DNA of 64,000 nucleotides from Escherichia phage APCEc01. Under the pieces are notes generated by a model. That model saw only the letters and a list, made by a program, of their open reading frames with translations, was not told the DNA's origin and searched no databases. Each line of letters begins with the position of its first letter. Positions within the stretch are counted from its first letter, which is position 1. Of the stretch, positions 23,810-36,067 are shown one piece after another. The stretch is from the sequence record NC_029091.1; one strand, 5' to 3'. Position numbers and translations under genes: made by a program.

Positions 23810-24574
23810 TTAATTCATAAACCCATCGTCAAATGGTGAATTTTGTCTACCACGGTTGTTAACTACTACATACGGCTCAACGTATTCACTTGCCTCTGAA
23901 TTGATTTGCTCAACTTCAGAATATTCATCGATATTAATGTCATGGATACCGTCAAGATTTCTAACAGGGTTAAGTTCCAAGTCACTAAATTCAGGTATAT
24001 TGATACCTTCATTTTTCTGAAGCACCGGATTGATTTCTTCGCCAGAGTAAATAAACTTGCCTGCAGTAATTTTACGAATCGCATTTTTACCTACTTGATA
24101 GAATGGGTCATATGGTTCAACCCAGTTAATCTCAAACAAACTGTTGTCCATTGGGAAGTATATTAAATCACCTTCCTTAGGCTCCTGATTGTTGACCTGG
24201 TGTTTGAAAAGGCCCGGGTTAATAGATAATGTAACCTCGTCTTGAACTTGCATTCCGAAGTTGCTGAAGAACGATTTCGCTCCTTCATAACCTTCAAAAG
24301 AGTTCAGATATGCAGCAAATTTCCATGCTTTAGTAAATTTATTTTTAAGGTCCTCACCAAAGATAAGGTCCACGGCAACATATTCACGTGGAACATAAAA
24401 ACATTCAATACCGCGCATCTGTATGCTTTCTGCCACTAGAACATCGGCTAATGTCTGACTATTCTCATAATTATTAAAATTGACAAATGGATTGAGGATT
24501 TCGGTCTCATTTGTCTGAGAATACCCACCACGATTTTCTAGCTTGGCGAAAAGATTTTTATCATAAGTTGCCAT
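23810..24574 (-). CDS. 14: gp14 neck protein
   Basis: 254 aa, synteny. Confidence 0.8.
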   Translation of the reverse strand: MATYDKNLFAKLENRGGYSQTNETEILNPFVNFNNYENSQTLADVLVAESIQMRGIECFYVPREYVAVDLIFGEDLKNKFTKAWKFAAYLNSFEGYEGAKSFFSNFGMQVQDEVTLSINPGLFKHQVNNQEPKEGDLIYFPMDNSLFEINWVEPYDPFYQVGKNAIRKITAGKFIYSGEEINPVLQKNEGINIPEFSDLELNPVRNLDGIHDINIDEYSEVEQINSEASEYVEPYVVVNNRGRQNSPFDDGFMN

Positions 24575-24575
24575 A

Positions 24576-25502
24576 TTAACCTACCAAAATACCTGCAGGA
24601 GGGTCCAGTAAATATAACTCTTCTCGTAAAGCTTCTTTCTCTAAACGAGCTTCTTCAATTAATCGAACACCATCAACAGTGACGCCACCAGGTAACATCA
24701 TACCTTGATGTTTAGCAAGAATTTGTCCATTAAGCTCTTTAGCTAATGCAGTTGCATAATCTTTAACCCAGCGGTTGTTATATGCGCCTTGTTTAGTTGC
24801 AGGATCTTCACCAACTCGACGTCCTACCAAATTATGGTCTGGATTATCATAACGTTCAGAAATAGACCATGAATCACGAGGACCAACCTGACCGTACCCT
24901 ACTGTATTTCCTACCATCTTATGGGCCTCGATATAAGAGCGAACATACGATTCAACGATAATGACATCTTTCTGTCTAAAGTTACCCATTACTTTTAATT
25001 GCTCGTTTGCAGAGTTAAACCAAAAATCTGGAAGAGGAGCAATCATATCTTGAAGCATACCCATATAAGATACTAATTGAGAATAATACCCGAGGTCAGC
25101 GCCAAAAGCGTTTGGGCCGTAGAATTTACCACAATTACTACCCATACCACCTGAAACACCAGCCATTCCTAAAAGGAAATCGGTGAACCATGGATAAGTT
25201 GCATTACCATCCATTGAAGTAATAGAGCCAACATTTGTTCTTATAATTCTTGTTACGGCAAATACGTTAGAACCACGCATATCAAATACGCCGTGACGGT
25301 ATTTTTCTTCGTCATCAACAAAAAATACATGGAAACCTTTATTCAACCCGTCAAAATGGTATTCGCCATAAAGTTCTAACGCTCGTGAAATACAATCATA
25401 AATTTGGTCCGTAGTTAATTCAACATTTACAATAGGAGCGCCTAAACGACGTAATATTACATCCTTTAATTCTTTAGGGTTTTGTGCATTATAACCTGAC
25501 AT
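24576..25502 (-). CDS. 13: gp13 neck protein
   Basis: 308 aa, synteny. Confidence 0.8.
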   Translation of the reverse strand: MSGYNAQNPKELKDVILRRLGAPIVNVELTTDQIYDCISRALELYGEYHFDGLNKGFHVFFVDDEEKYRHGVFDMRGSNVFAVTRIIRTNVGSITSMDGNATYPWFTDFLLGMAGVSGGMGSNCGKFYGPNAFGADLGYYSQLVSYMGMLQDMIAPLPDFWFNSANEQLKVMGNFRQKDVIIVESYVRSYIEAHKMVGNTVGYGQVGPRDSWSISERYDNPDHNLVGRRVGEDPATKQGAYNNRWVKDYATALAKELNGQILAKHQGMMLPGGVTVDGVRLIEEARLEKEALREELYLLDPPAGILVG

Positions 25503-25534
25503 ATAAATCCTTTAGGGCCCGAAGGCCCTTTTCA

Positions 25535-26983
25535 TTAAGCTGTAGGAAGTTCAACCCATGCGCCATCTTTGCGAACATAGAATTTACCGTCTGAAGGAGC
25601 ATCTTCAATATATCCAGCGTCCTTAAGAGTCTGGATTTCAGCTTCTGCAGCGGCCAAATCAGTTTCAAGAGTAGCAATTCTAGAAGTTAAACCATTAATT
25701 GTCATATCATGACTTTTAACTGTAGGCAATATACCGCGTTCTTCAACAGTCGAACAATTTGGGTTGGTGCCATTTATAAGAGTATTTAATGTGTTTACAG
25801 AACCCTTAATTCCTGTGCTATTAGTCCCAACATCAGTTTGAATGCTCTGAATGTCATTACTCATCCCACTGATAGTTCCTTCAAGCTCTCGAGTACGATA
25901 AAGCAAAGAGCCGTCTGGTTCCGGTTTCCCACCTGAAGCGTCAACACCAACTACGTTATTTAACCATGACACATTAAAACGCAGTCCTGACGAAGAATCA
26001 GAGCCGACAACAGTGTTCAATGCTCCGATAGCATCAGTATTGAGTTTAATACGTCCTTGGATTGTAGTAGGCAAATCATCAGCGCCAATGGCAGTTTCTA
26101 CCGTAGTCAAACGAGGTTTAATACCACCTGATTGATTGAGCTCAAGATTAATGTCGTTTATTGCTGAACTATTCGCATTAGTTGTAGTAATAATAGAAGT
26201 CGTATTAGGATACCCAATAGACTGTTTAATGCCATCCAAGTCAGCATTTTGACGCGACAAAGTTAAATCAATACCGGAAAGACGACTAAACACTGGAGTA
26301 GTGAAAGAAGTACGAGGCCCCATTTCTTCGCGCAAGTGTTCGACTTCAATAGTTAAAGAGCCGACGTCAGAATCAGCAAATTTAGTTTCTAAATCAGTTA
26401 ATCGAACACCATGGTCAACAATTACGGAGCTATTAGTCATAATACGGCGTTTCATACCAGTGCTATCATTTCCTGGAGTAGGAACCCCATTAATATCTTG
26501 ACCAGTATATTGTCCTAATTCATTTTTAATCCAAAGCAGGTCATTACGAACCGTTCTATAAACTGAATCTGTTTCCTGATTATAAACACCAATATCATCA
26601 GTATTCGCATCAATATGTTCATTCAAATCATTCAATTCACTAGCATGGGTTTGAACTGTGACTTTAATGACATCAATATCTTGGGTGTTCTGGCCTATCT
26701 GTGCAAGAGCATCAACATCCCCAGAAACATCTAAAATACCTTGAATAACTTTGATATCTTCATTGGCCGTATTCAAAGAAGATGCTATAGTTTTAATATT
26801 AACATCTAACGCTTCTACGTTACGTTGAACTTCAACAATAGGGCGGTTCATTACACCTTCAGAACCGTATTTTGTGTCAGCACCTGTTATTTCTTCATCG
26901 TTTTTAATCCATTCAATACGACTCTGACCCGCGTCTGGCGGGCCGTCAACATATGGTAAATCTACCAGAGTTATATCAGACAT
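25535..26983 (-). CDS. wac: fibritin (whisker antigen control) with C-terminal foldon
   Basis: 482 aa coiled-coil protein ending GYIEDAPSDGKFYVRKDGAWVELPTA, a foldon-like motif. Confidence 0.85.
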   Translation of the reverse strand: MSDITLVDLPYVDGPPDAGQSRIEWIKNDEEITGADTKYGSEGVMNRPIVEVQRNVEALDVNIKTIASSLNTANEDIKVIQGILDVSGDVDALAQIGQNTQDIDVIKVTVQTHASELNDLNEHIDANTDDIGVYNQETDSVYRTVRNDLLWIKNELGQYTGQDINGVPTPGNDSTGMKRRIMTNSSVIVDHGVRLTDLETKFADSDVGSLTIEVEHLREEMGPRTSFTTPVFSRLSGIDLTLSRQNADLDGIKQSIGYPNTTSIITTTNANSSAINDINLELNQSGGIKPRLTTVETAIGADDLPTTIQGRIKLNTDAIGALNTVVGSDSSSGLRFNVSWLNNVVGVDASGGKPEPDGSLLYRTRELEGTISGMSNDIQSIQTDVGTNSTGIKGSVNTLNTLINGTNPNCSTVEERGILPTVKSHDMTINGLTSRIATLETDLAAAEAEIQTLKDAGYIEDAPSDGKFYVRKDGAWVELPTA

Positions 26984-28566
26984 TATTTTACCTTAATGAT
27001 ATAGTTTAAAGAAATATTCCATGGACGAGTTTCATTTCCAATTAATTCTGGACGATTCATGGTATATTTAGAGTTACGCTGAGACGCTGGATCAATTTCA
27101 TATCCTTCGTTAGTAAAATATGAACGGTTATCCCAGTCAAGTCCTTTACGAGTACCAACAAAGTTTGAACGACGAGTATTACCAAATGCACCGGAATCGT
27201 CACGTTCGCCAAAACCACCAGCGTGCTTATGATACGACATCTGTTGTTTTTGCACTTCACCGACATATCCACCGGTACAACCTTCCGCCAGACGAGGCTT
27301 ACCGAATTGGTCATTACCATTAACATTAGGGTTAGTTAAATGGTTACCACGACCTGAGCCGCGAACAAATAATCCACGCATATCAGGCAAGCCTGGGTTA
27401 GAAGAGCTACCACCATATCGTGTCCCAATTCTGGAAGCATATACAGGACATTCTGAAGCAGAAACGGTCCCACCATGACAGAAGCGCCAGTCAGAACTCG
27501 GTAAACTATCTGCAGCCCACATTGTAATAGCGCCAACTGGAAGAATTCGGTCCAATTCATTTTGAGTCACAATACGATTGCCTTGAATATAACCACCGGT
27601 CATATTGACATTACCCGTTATATTAGCGCCACCAGAACCAACCGTCAACGTATTATTAATGCGAAGCGTGCCATTAATAGTTTGTCCGCCTCGTTGGTGG
27701 ATAACATCAGCATTCCAAGCAAGGGCAGAAGAACCATCACCACCTGATTGGCTACCCGCTTGTGTAGTTAAACGAACAACTCCACGTAAAGAAGTTGTAG
27801 CCCCACGCCCGTTTAATGTTGCGCCGGTCACTACAACTGAAGAGTTGTTACTATTTACTTCAGTCTGTGTCCCTAGTTTAACGACACCTTTATTAGTTTC
27901 TGATGCTACTGAATTCATAAAGGTATAAGGTGAAATTGCATAGCCTTCACGCAGGGTGCCTTGTTGTGCTTGAGCAACTGTAGCCAAACGAACAACACCG
28001 GTAATAGATTCGGTGGCGTCACCATTATTTGGAGCAATTTGTGAAATAAGTTTAATTGCTAATTGTTGTGTTTTTAACGGGGTCATTGCCGTTGTATCGT
28101 CAGAACCAGCTAATGCCGCAGCAGAAGTTGAAATTTTAATTACACCATTTGTTGCTTCTGTTGACACTTTTGTCTGAAATACATTGTCTATTTTTTGATT
28201 CAATTTAAGCGGAGTAATTGATGCATCGTCAATAGCTCCAGTTACTGCTTCATCTCCAGTAGCATAACGAGTTAAGCCATATTGAGTTTCAGTTGCATTA
28301 GGATATTGTAGACGAGCATTCAGTGTTGCCGGAGTAACAGCTTTACTATTATCTAATCCATCAATAACTTCTTGTGGAGTAGCTATTTGAATAATTCCAG
28401 GTGTAGTAGTTGTTGCTTCCGGTACGCCATTAACACCTGAAGGAGAAATGGCAGCTAATGCGGCTTGGACATTAGTGACTGTGTCTGGAAAATTCGACCC
28501 CGTAGGGTCGAATTCAACGTAAATGGATTCGTTTGAAACGTGTTGGTATGTATTGTTATTACTCAT
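26983..28566 (-). CDS. 12: gp12 short tail fibre
   Basis: 527 aa, equal to T4 gp12; repetitive Gly/Thr-rich N-terminal region. Confidence 0.85.
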   Translation of the reverse strand: MSNNNTYQHVSNESIYVEFDPTGSNFPDTVTNVQAALAAISPSGVNGVPEATTTTPGIIQIATPQEVIDGLDNSKAVTPATLNARLQYPNATETQYGLTRYATGDEAVTGAIDDASITPLKLNQKIDNVFQTKVSTEATNGVIKISTSAAALAGSDDTTAMTPLKTQQLAIKLISQIAPNNGDATESITGVVRLATVAQAQQGTLREGYAISPYTFMNSVASETNKGVVKLGTQTEVNSNNSSVVVTGATLNGRGATTSLRGVVRLTTQAGSQSGGDGSSALAWNADVIHQRGGQTINGTLRINNTLTVGSGGANITGNVNMTGGYIQGNRIVTQNELDRILPVGAITMWAADSLPSSDWRFCHGGTVSASECPVYASRIGTRYGGSSSNPGLPDMRGLFVRGSGRGNHLTNPNVNGNDQFGKPRLAEGCTGGYVGEVQKQQMSYHKHAGGFGERDDSGAFGNTRRSNFVGTRKGLDWDNRSYFTNEGYEIDPASQRNSKYTMNRPELIGNETRPWNISLNYIIKVK

Positions 28567-29240
28567 GAGGCTCTCACAAAGTGGTAGAAAACGGTAGGAG
28601 TATCATGGTTATCAAGAGTAACCGTTTGGGCACCCAATAAATTCCATGTTCCGTATCCGGATTTTGCTTCAGACAAAATTTCTTGCGAAATTGTTACACC
28701 AAACGAAGCATATGTTGGCAACACATGACGTTGGTTATCTAAATATGTCACCTGAAGTTTATTACCTTCAGACGGATGGTCTTTATAAGAAGAAATAGCG
28801 ATTTGATTAGCAATGGCTTCTTGTAAAGCTATACGAACTTGTGCCGTTAATTCGTTATCAGTCATACCAATTGTTGCTTTAACAGCAAGTCCAAATACGT
28901 TAATAACGACCGGCGTTCCAGGGGCCAAAGTATCGTCGAGAACATCACCAGAAAAAGTCCAATAATCAACTTGTGCTGTACCTTCAGGCGATACGCCTGA
29001 AGTGTTTGTGACAACAGTACCAATATCAGCTCGTGCCATATTATGGACATCATTTATTGCAGATTCTACGTTAGCGTCATAAAAACCGCGAGCTAACTGA
29101 GAAATAGTCACAGAACCTACAGCTTGGTTGTTTAAAACATCAATTTGAGCTGGATTTTTTCTGTAATTCAAAAAATCAGCATGGCGGGAAATAACTCCCG
29201 CCTTTGTATTAAGTACAGTCATTATGCAATCCTTACCCAA
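28563..29240 (-). CDS. 11: gp11 baseplate wedge / short-fibre attachment
   Basis: 225 aa, synteny. Confidence 0.8.
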   Translation of the reverse strand: MGKDCIMTVLNTKAGVISRHADFLNYRKNPAQIDVLNNQAVGSVTISQLARGFYDANVESAINDVHNMARADIGTVVTNTSGVSPEGTAQVDYWTFSGDVLDDTLAPGTPVVINVFGLAVKATIGMTDNELTAQVRIALQEAIANQIAISSYKDHPSEGNKLQVTYLDNQRHVLPTYASFGVTISQEILSEAKSGYGTWNLLGAQTVTLDNHDTPTVFYHFVRAS

Positions 29241-31027
29241 CGGTATACAGTTATAGATGGCTGAATATTAGTTATAGAACGCGCTGGAACATGAGATTCA
29301 TTAGTCTTTGCATGGTCTTCACGATATTTAGTGTAAATAGGACCTTCTTCATCCGGGTCGTATTGGCAACCGCCTATAATTACTGTACCATTATCATCAG
29401 AAATAAGAACCTTTTCATCGGTTTGTGTAGCTGGTAAATCAGCATTTTCTAATGTGATGGTTGTTACACCAACGGTACCACCTGCAGTATGAGTAGGGTT
29501 ACCATTGACGTCAAGGTCATTATTATTTAATGCAAAATTAGGATCCGACGCGTCATCATTCCAACCTGCTAATACTTTGCCTTGTCCCCAAATTTTCCAC
29601 GAACCAAAACCTAAATAAGTGGCCGGATTATTAGGGTTAACCGCATTTTCGTAAATAGTCCCGACAGGATAAATTGTATCAAATATTGCTGAGATAGTCG
29701 AGAATTCACGTTCATACTTAGGAACAGGTTCTACATTAGGCCATCCAATTTTATCGAAATCGGTTAATGCAACGTCACCAGTAATTTCAATGTTAGACCC
29801 TTGAGAAACATATTTCTCATCAGCGACATCAAGAATTTCTTCCATTTCAAGAAGAGTTCCTAAATCGTTATTAAACCATGTGATGGTAATAATGTCTTGG
29901 TCTTCAAATTGACGGTCAAACAGAATTGCGCTAGGGATATTATCAGTATATTCAATCGCATAATCTGTATACGATTGAGTCCATGTCCCACCGAGATTAG
30001 CGCATGACTCTTCAGAATCAGCATCCACACCTTCACAACGGAAAATAGGAGTTCCAACAGTACCCGCTAATTCTTGGAGAATACCATTGAAGCGAACTTC
30101 TAATGAATTCGGGTTAGGTGGTTCTGTAGGATTAATACCAAATGCTGTAAATGGAATAGACCTGAATGTACTCAAATCAGTGACGTAAATACTTCCGTCA
30201 ATAGACTTTTTAGCAGTCAATTTACTATCTAAAATGCGAACTTGGCGACGAGTATATGAACTACGCCACTGAGAAACACCGTCTAGGAATGTCTCAATTT
30301 GTACAGTGTCCCCAACATTACATGGTTGGCGTAATCTAATATTAAATCCATCAAGTGCAACCAGTTCACCAGGATTAGCGCCTGGAGAACCAAAATCACT
30401 ATTATCACTGAATACATCACCATAATACAATTCGTTGCCACGATGTTTTACGCGAATGTTGTTAACGTTATAAGAGGTCCCGTTAAAAACATCCATGAAA
30501 TCGGTCTGACCTTGGGTTTCAACCAGATATTCTCTACGAGCAACATTACTAATGTCAGAGCTAACTATTTTATCAATTTGTTTGTTCTTGATGTATTCCC
30601 AACGACCAGGAGCACAATAAACTAATTCTAAATCAGAGAACTGAACGTTAATTTCTACCGGAGATGAAGAACCTTTAATCGTGTCCCCGTTTGCCGGAAT
30701 TAAAGTAACAGGGTTAATGTTCCAAGTTGCAAATACGTCACGAGCACGAATAACTTTATTATAGTCTGCAATTGTACCTTTAGGAAGATTTACCGAAACT
30801 CGCCCAGAAGTAGTATTAATTGCATAAGATTTACCCCAAGCGGCCTTAAGATTAAGACCATCAGCCGCATCATAAGTCTTCCATGCGCCAGCGGCATAAG
30901 GAACTTCACCATCACCTAATTCATAATAGATTTCGTCAAAGTTCTCATTTATTTTTTCACCACCTCGACGAAGGTAATCGCCTTGTCCGTCATCAACGAC
31001 GTTACCAATTTTAATATTTTGTTTCAT
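29222..31027 (-). CDS. 10: gp10 baseplate wedge subunit and tail pin
   Basis: 601 aa, synteny. Confidence 0.85.
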   Translation of the reverse strand: MKQNIKIGNVVDDGQGDYLRRGGEKINENFDEIYYELGDGEVPYAAGAWKTYDAADGLNLKAAWGKSYAINTTSGRVSVNLPKGTIADYNKVIRARDVFATWNINPVTLIPANGDTIKGSSSPVEINVQFSDLELVYCAPGRWEYIKNKQIDKIVSSDISNVARREYLVETQGQTDFMDVFNGTSYNVNNIRVKHRGNELYYGDVFSDNSDFGSPGANPGELVALDGFNIRLRQPCNVGDTVQIETFLDGVSQWRSSYTRRQVRILDSKLTAKKSIDGSIYVTDLSTFRSIPFTAFGINPTEPPNPNSLEVRFNGILQELAGTVGTPIFRCEGVDADSEESCANLGGTWTQSYTDYAIEYTDNIPSAILFDRQFEDQDIITITWFNNDLGTLLEMEEILDVADEKYVSQGSNIEITGDVALTDFDKIGWPNVEPVPKYEREFSTISAIFDTIYPVGTIYENAVNPNNPATYLGFGSWKIWGQGKVLAGWNDDASDPNFALNNNDLDVNGNPTHTAGGTVGVTTITLENADLPATQTDEKVLISDDNGTVIIGGCQYDPDEEGPIYTKYREDHAKTNESHVPARSITNIQPSITVYRWVRIA

Positions 31028-31899
31028 TATTGAGCGACCCCAATTTTCTGAGTTGAGATAATTTTAACTGCTGAACGTAATCCAATAATATCGGATGTAA
31101 TCGTCATAGTAGCAAAGTTGTTAATAATACTAAAGCTAATATTAGCAATCTCGTCGGTTTCATCTACATTACCAACTCGCATTACTGCAAATTCGGTAGA
31201 AAGAACTTCTGAGTTAATTGTATCTATTAGAATATTTATTTCGCATGTTTTTATTTTTCTACCGTCAGCGGATTGGCATGTAACAAGCAATTTAGCCATA
31301 TTATAATCTGTGCGATAAAACAGAGGAATAGAAACTGAGTTTCCTGTAAGACTCCAAGTCCCATCGACAGGAGATTCTTTCTGCCCAAACATGCTATCAG
31401 TAGAATAATTCCATACTGAAGTTGGCCCGTTAAGTTCAACACAACGAAGAACAACATGGGTATAAGGGGTGGAAATAACAAGATTATTAAGAACACCTTT
31501 AATTGAACCATCGGTTACTTGGATACTTAAAGGATTGTTAACAGAAATAGACCCATTAGAGTTTATGAATTCTACAGAATCACCTAATTCAGGACGGTCA
31601 ATAATAACAATCACACCGCCATCAGAAGCATCAATATCATGCATGGTGCCGGGTTTAATAGGAGTTTGATAATCGATCGCCTTTCCTTTTTGATAATAAC
31701 CTGTGGCATGAATAGTTTGACCTGTAGGTCCGGTTCCATCTGCTACGGCCATTTTACGTTGATCGCCAAATGCATTGTAAATAGCGTTGATATCGTCATT
31801 TATTTTATTACCACCGTCGAATAAGATATCACCTGTTGAGGCATTACCAATTTCGCCGGTATCGATTAATTGTTTAGGAGTTTGCTTAAAAAATGCCAT
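31027..31899 (-). CDS. 9: gp9 baseplate wedge, long-tail-fibre socket
   Basis: 290 aa, synteny. Confidence 0.85.
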   Translation of the reverse strand: MAFFKQTPKQLIDTGEIGNASTGDILFDGGNKINDDINAIYNAFGDQRKMAVADGTGPTGQTIHATGYYQKGKAIDYQTPIKPGTMHDIDASDGGVIVIIDRPELGDSVEFINSNGSISVNNPLSIQVTDGSIKGVLNNLVISTPYTHVVLRCVELNGPTSVWNYSTDSMFGQKESPVDGTWSLTGNSVSIPLFYRTDYNMAKLLVTCQSADGRKIKTCEINILIDTINSEVLSTEFAVMRVGNVDETDEIANISFSIINNFATMTITSDIIGLRSAVKIISTQKIGVAQ

Positions 31900-31931
31900 A
31901 ATTCTGCCTTTTGTTGTCCGATATTATATTC

Positions 31932-31970
31932 TATTTATAGATACAAAAATGGGAGCCCGAAGGCTCCCTA
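31932..31970 (-). promoter_or_regulatory. late promoter TATAAATA (minus strand) for gene 9 plus GGGAGCC-cgaa-GGCTCCC hairpin after gene 8
   Basis: plus-strand TATTTATA and adjacent perfect hairpin in the 8/9 intergenic region. Confidence 0.5.
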
Positions 31971-31971
31971 A

Positions 31972-32976
31972 TTAAAACATAAACAAAATGTTAATTTCTT
32001 CTGTTTGGTCCATTGCCATAATAACAGGTGGTCGGTTTTCCATATAAATCATTTCACCGGAATGATGTTGCAGGTCTCTAGGGTCGTAATAATCCTTTTC
32101 TGCTTTAACATTAGGGTCATTTGGATTTTTCTTAGCTTCTAACGGGTTTGCGATAATTGATATCTGTCTAAAACCCTTGTTACCAGGCAAAGCTGCCTCA
32201 GGGAAATAAACAGAATCAAAATATGCTTTAAACCGCATCGTATTAGCTTTAACACGGTAAATCAAACCGTAGTCATCTTGTTGCCAAGTTAAGTTATTTT
32301 CATATCCCCAACGGGTGGGGTCTTCTTTAATTTCTTCCGGCCATGGAACTACAAGATATTCGTTAGTGCAACGGTTAATTGACACATCGGCAGGAATCTC
32401 ATAAAGATATTCCCAAATATATCCATCACCGGTTTCGATAACCCCATTAGCATCGCCTCTGCCTTCAGGAGGAGACATAGAACGAACAGACGGAGTCCAT
32501 TTACCACCCAATTTAAGACATTCATCTTTATTATCTAAAGATTCTATTGAACAGAGCCCTACGTCAGGGACATCTAAACAACGGTAAATTAACCAACCAG
32601 CTCCAACTTCTGTCGCGTTGTACGGAGCAGTATTACATGCGACTATATCGTTAATTCTAAACGTGTAAGGGTCTGGATATCGCACATCTCCCCAATCACG
32701 TCTAGGAATAACAGAATCTAACATTGAAGGTAAAACTTTAACGGTGCCCATCATATGGGTCCACATATCAGTAACACCAAGAACAGAATCTGTAGGATAA
32801 GGTGGGGCGAAGCCCACCTCATTTTCATTTGACGCCCAAGGCTCTGAACGTCCAAACGTAATATAAATGGAGTTCTTATCATCTCCATCCCCAACTGAAT
32901 TATAAAAATTCAGCATTTTCTCTGTTCTAAATTTTGATGTAACTATTGCACGATAGATAACACTTGAATCATTCAT
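31972..32976 (-). CDS. 8: gp8 baseplate wedge subunit
   Basis: 334 aa, equal to T4 gp8. Confidence 0.85.
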   Translation of the reverse strand: MNDSSVIYRAIVTSKFRTEKMLNFYNSVGDGDDKNSIYITFGRSEPWASNENEVGFAPPYPTDSVLGVTDMWTHMMGTVKVLPSMLDSVIPRRDWGDVRYPDPYTFRINDIVACNTAPYNATEVGAGWLIYRCLDVPDVGLCSIESLDNKDECLKLGGKWTPSVRSMSPPEGRGDANGVIETGDGYIWEYLYEIPADVSINRCTNEYLVVPWPEEIKEDPTRWGYENNLTWQQDDYGLIYRVKANTMRFKAYFDSVYFPEAALPGNKGFRQISIIANPLEAKKNPNDPNVKAEKDYYDPRDLQHHSGEMIYMENRPPVIMAMDQTEEINILFMF

Positions 32977-35900
32977 CTAATTTAACCTGTGGTGGATTCA
33001 CGGGGTCTCTTGGATTTCCTACATTATCGATTAACCGTTGTTCAACCAAATCTCTAAATCTAGAGAATGTTGTTCCGGACGCATCAAATAATGGGCTCAT
33101 CAGTTTACGTCGTTCCGATGGAAGTTGACCTTGAAATATGGAGTTATTGTTTTCAGCGTTATAATCTTCAGGTAATGGATAATCTTGACCAGCCATAGGG
33201 CCTATTTCATATATCGCTTTACCTGTAATAGGGTCAAACTCAACATTTCCTTGTGGGTCTAATTTAGCCACTCGGTCTGCATATTTAGTCGGTAATCCAG
33301 AATCCCACTTATAGTTTTTGTATTTATTAATAATGGTTTCAACATGTTTAAGTGTTAATCCGGTGTTAATAAACATTGTGAGAAGGGTAATTGCGATAAA
33401 TCCAAATCCAACCGGATGAACAAAACGTAATACGTCTGATTTCCAACGAGATGATGGAAGTTTAGATTTAATCTTCATTACGTAGTATGCTCTACCACGA
33501 TTTATGTAATCGATGTTGTTCTGAGAAAGCTCTTTACCTTTAATACCACGAACAATTTCGCCTTCAAAACCAGGGAGTCTTTCAGCTTTAACTTCCTGTC
33601 CTTGGATTAAACGACCTAAGAGGTTGTGAATTGTTACAGTCCATTGTAATTTACCTTTAGAGTAACTTCTCTCGATATACGTCACATTACAACGTCCTGT
33701 AGCGGTGTATATGGTTTGTCCGACCAAATCTTCTGTCAACGAATCAGATTCAATGATGATATCATATTCGGTCCCGGAACTAGATTCAATTTCAATTTCA
33801 ACATCTTCGTTATAAAGCACTTTAAACAAGAATTTATACGATGCTTCAGTTCCTTTAGTTGAATAGAAGTCATAACTTCTTGATTCAAAGAAACGAGACA
33901 CTAAATCGCGTTTTTCGGCGTTTAAGTAAATGTTTCGTTTATAAATCTCAGACCATAAATATTCCCACGCATGTTCTTCGCGCGGATATTGATTTTTAAT
34001 AAGATTTAAAAGGTTGTTATAATGGGTCCCATAACCGTCAGAAAGATACTGAATATAAGCCTCGCAGAATGCTTCAAAGTTTGTATTATCTAAAAGATAA
34101 GACTCCGGCATCATTGTAGTGAGCAATGGTCGTAAATCCGGGTCTGCAATACCGTCCTCTTCTACAGGAGTCCATGTGGTATCTTTTTCTTGGTTTTGTA
34201 ACGATGCTGTTAAGAATATATTAGTAGGCTTCCAAATTATAGAAACATTATCTCTAACACGATAACTAAAATCATAATAAGAAATAATCTCACCTGATGA
34301 TTTATAGAAAATCATGCCGGATGCATATTTTTTAAATCCGGCGAAATCTACGTTAGGCATCACTATTGTACAGTCACCGTCCTTCCAATATTCATGAACT
34401 TCACGGTCTGAAGAACTAAGTGGATGATTCTCAATAACCTTAGTGTAAAGTAAATCAGAATAAATTACAACAGCCTTGTCTGAGTTATTAATCCAACATC
34501 GAGTACCGGACTTTCTAGAATAACTAAAGAATGGCTCAGCATAGTATTCCATCGGTTGAGGAGTGAACGATTCCCATTGAGAGTCTTCAGTTGAAATAAA
34601 TGCCATCATATGATAATGTTTATCAGCCAACCATTCGCGAGGATACTCATATTTAACAGCACCGATTAAACCGTACTTGATTTGTGTTTTTGGGTCATCA
34701 ACAATATCCGATTCTAGAAATTTAAAATTACTAGATGAAATAGATAACTCAACACCATCAGTAGACATACTGGTGTACCCAGGTTCAATACGACGGCGTT
34801 CTTCTTCAGTATTACCAAACACACGTTTAAATGTGCCAGCATCATGGTCTAGAACGTAAACGCCCTTATCAGCAGAATCAACAATAGGAGTAGTCCTCGG
34901 GTCGTCATTAAGATTAACAACTTCACCGATAATCAGTGCAAATATTTTACCGCCGACAGAATCCATTTTATAGCAAACTGCCTTAGGGTTACCTGTGATG
35001 TTAAATGTTTCTTGTTCAAACAAACGTTCGGAATACGTCGGAGATAACGGGTCTGAATCAATAGGGGCATTACTAGTTTTAATAAAACGAACTTTATCTC
35101 GAGCAGCAACGTATACATAATCGTCATTGCAAACGATAGCTTCTGCAATACGTGACACGTTAGCAGGTAATGATGCGTAGTTACCAAATATTTCTACATC
35201 AAATCCTAAATTTAACTGGTCACCAATTTTAGCAAATGTTATATCTTGAGAACTAAATCTCACATCACCAGCAGACCAACGAACGTCAGTTGATTTACGG
35301 CCGTAAAATAATTTATCATACCCAAGAACATACGTGGTATAACCTGTCTGGTAATACACTGTTCTTGATACAGGGTACCCTACACGGTCATTAAACAATT
35401 TAACCGATTTCCAGGTTTGTCCCTTATCATTAGAGACTTTAACCACAGGCTGATACCGTTCAAACAAATAAAGAATTCCTTCGGATTCCATCAAATAAAC
35501 ACGGTTTATATCATGACACACCTGTTGAATCGAACCTTGAATTTCATGATACTCATTTTCGCCAATAATGAAATTTTTAATAGATGAAATATCCGCATAA
35601 GCAGGGCTAAATTGGAACGATTCATTCATTAGAGCTGCCATTATAGTGTCGTTATTAAAATCGACATAAGACATGTTGTTATTTGTAAATTTTTCTCTAA
35701 TAAAAGTGTTAGCCAATTGCATTTCAATCATATGTTGAAATGTATACGCGTTAGTCTGAAATGATTCAAATATTTCGGTATATACCCAATCAGATCTCTC
35801 GAAGCCTTCGGCGGCAGTTGATACACGAATAATATAAGAAGTTAATGGGTCTAAGCTACTTTCGAACCAGTTGCTATTAGGAGTATATCCTAAATTTATC

Positions 35901-36067
35901 CATCTGTAGCTGGCAGGGGGAATTATTTCCCCGTCTGCCGTTTTAGTCTCAGCGATTTCTACGAAATAGTAGAAATTAGCACCAACGTCATCCCAGCGTA
36001 TTTGAACTTGGTTAGCGGACAACTTGGATATTCTGAGACTTGTGACTGCTGGCGCTTTTACTGTCAT
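32969..36067 (-). CDS. 7: gp7 baseplate wedge initiator
   Basis: 1032 aa, equal to T4 gp7. Confidence 0.85.
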   Translation of the reverse strand: MTVKAPAVTSLRISKLSANQVQIRWDDVGANFYYFVEIAETKTADGEIIPPASYRWINLGYTPNSNWFESSLDPLTSYIIRVSTAAEGFERSDWVYTEIFESFQTNAYTFQHMIEMQLANTFIREKFTNNNMSYVDFNNDTIMAALMNESFQFSPAYADISSIKNFIIGENEYHEIQGSIQQVCHDINRVYLMESEGILYLFERYQPVVKVSNDKGQTWKSVKLFNDRVGYPVSRTVYYQTGYTTYVLGYDKLFYGRKSTDVRWSAGDVRFSSQDITFAKIGDQLNLGFDVEIFGNYASLPANVSRIAEAIVCNDDYVYVAARDKVRFIKTSNAPIDSDPLSPTYSERLFEQETFNITGNPKAVCYKMDSVGGKIFALIIGEVVNLNDDPRTTPIVDSADKGVYVLDHDAGTFKRVFGNTEEERRRIEPGYTSMSTDGVELSISSSNFKFLESDIVDDPKTQIKYGLIGAVKYEYPREWLADKHYHMMAFISTEDSQWESFTPQPMEYYAEPFFSYSRKSGTRCWINNSDKAVVIYSDLLYTKVIENHPLSSSDREVHEYWKDGDCTIVMPNVDFAGFKKYASGMIFYKSSGEIISYYDFSYRVRDNVSIIWKPTNIFLTASLQNQEKDTTWTPVEEDGIADPDLRPLLTTMMPESYLLDNTNFEAFCEAYIQYLSDGYGTHYNNLLNLIKNQYPREEHAWEYLWSEIYKRNIYLNAEKRDLVSRFFESRSYDFYSTKGTEASYKFLFKVLYNEDVEIEIESSSGTEYDIIIESDSLTEDLVGQTIYTATGRCNVTYIERSYSKGKLQWTVTIHNLLGRLIQGQEVKAERLPGFEGEIVRGIKGKELSQNNIDYINRGRAYYVMKIKSKLPSSRWKSDVLRFVHPVGFGFIAITLLTMFINTGLTLKHVETIINKYKNYKWDSGLPTKYADRVAKLDPQGNVEFDPITGKAIYEIGPMAGQDYPLPEDYNAENNNSIFQGQLPSERRKLMSPLFDASGTTFSRFRDLVEQRLIDNVGNPRDPVNPPQVKLDE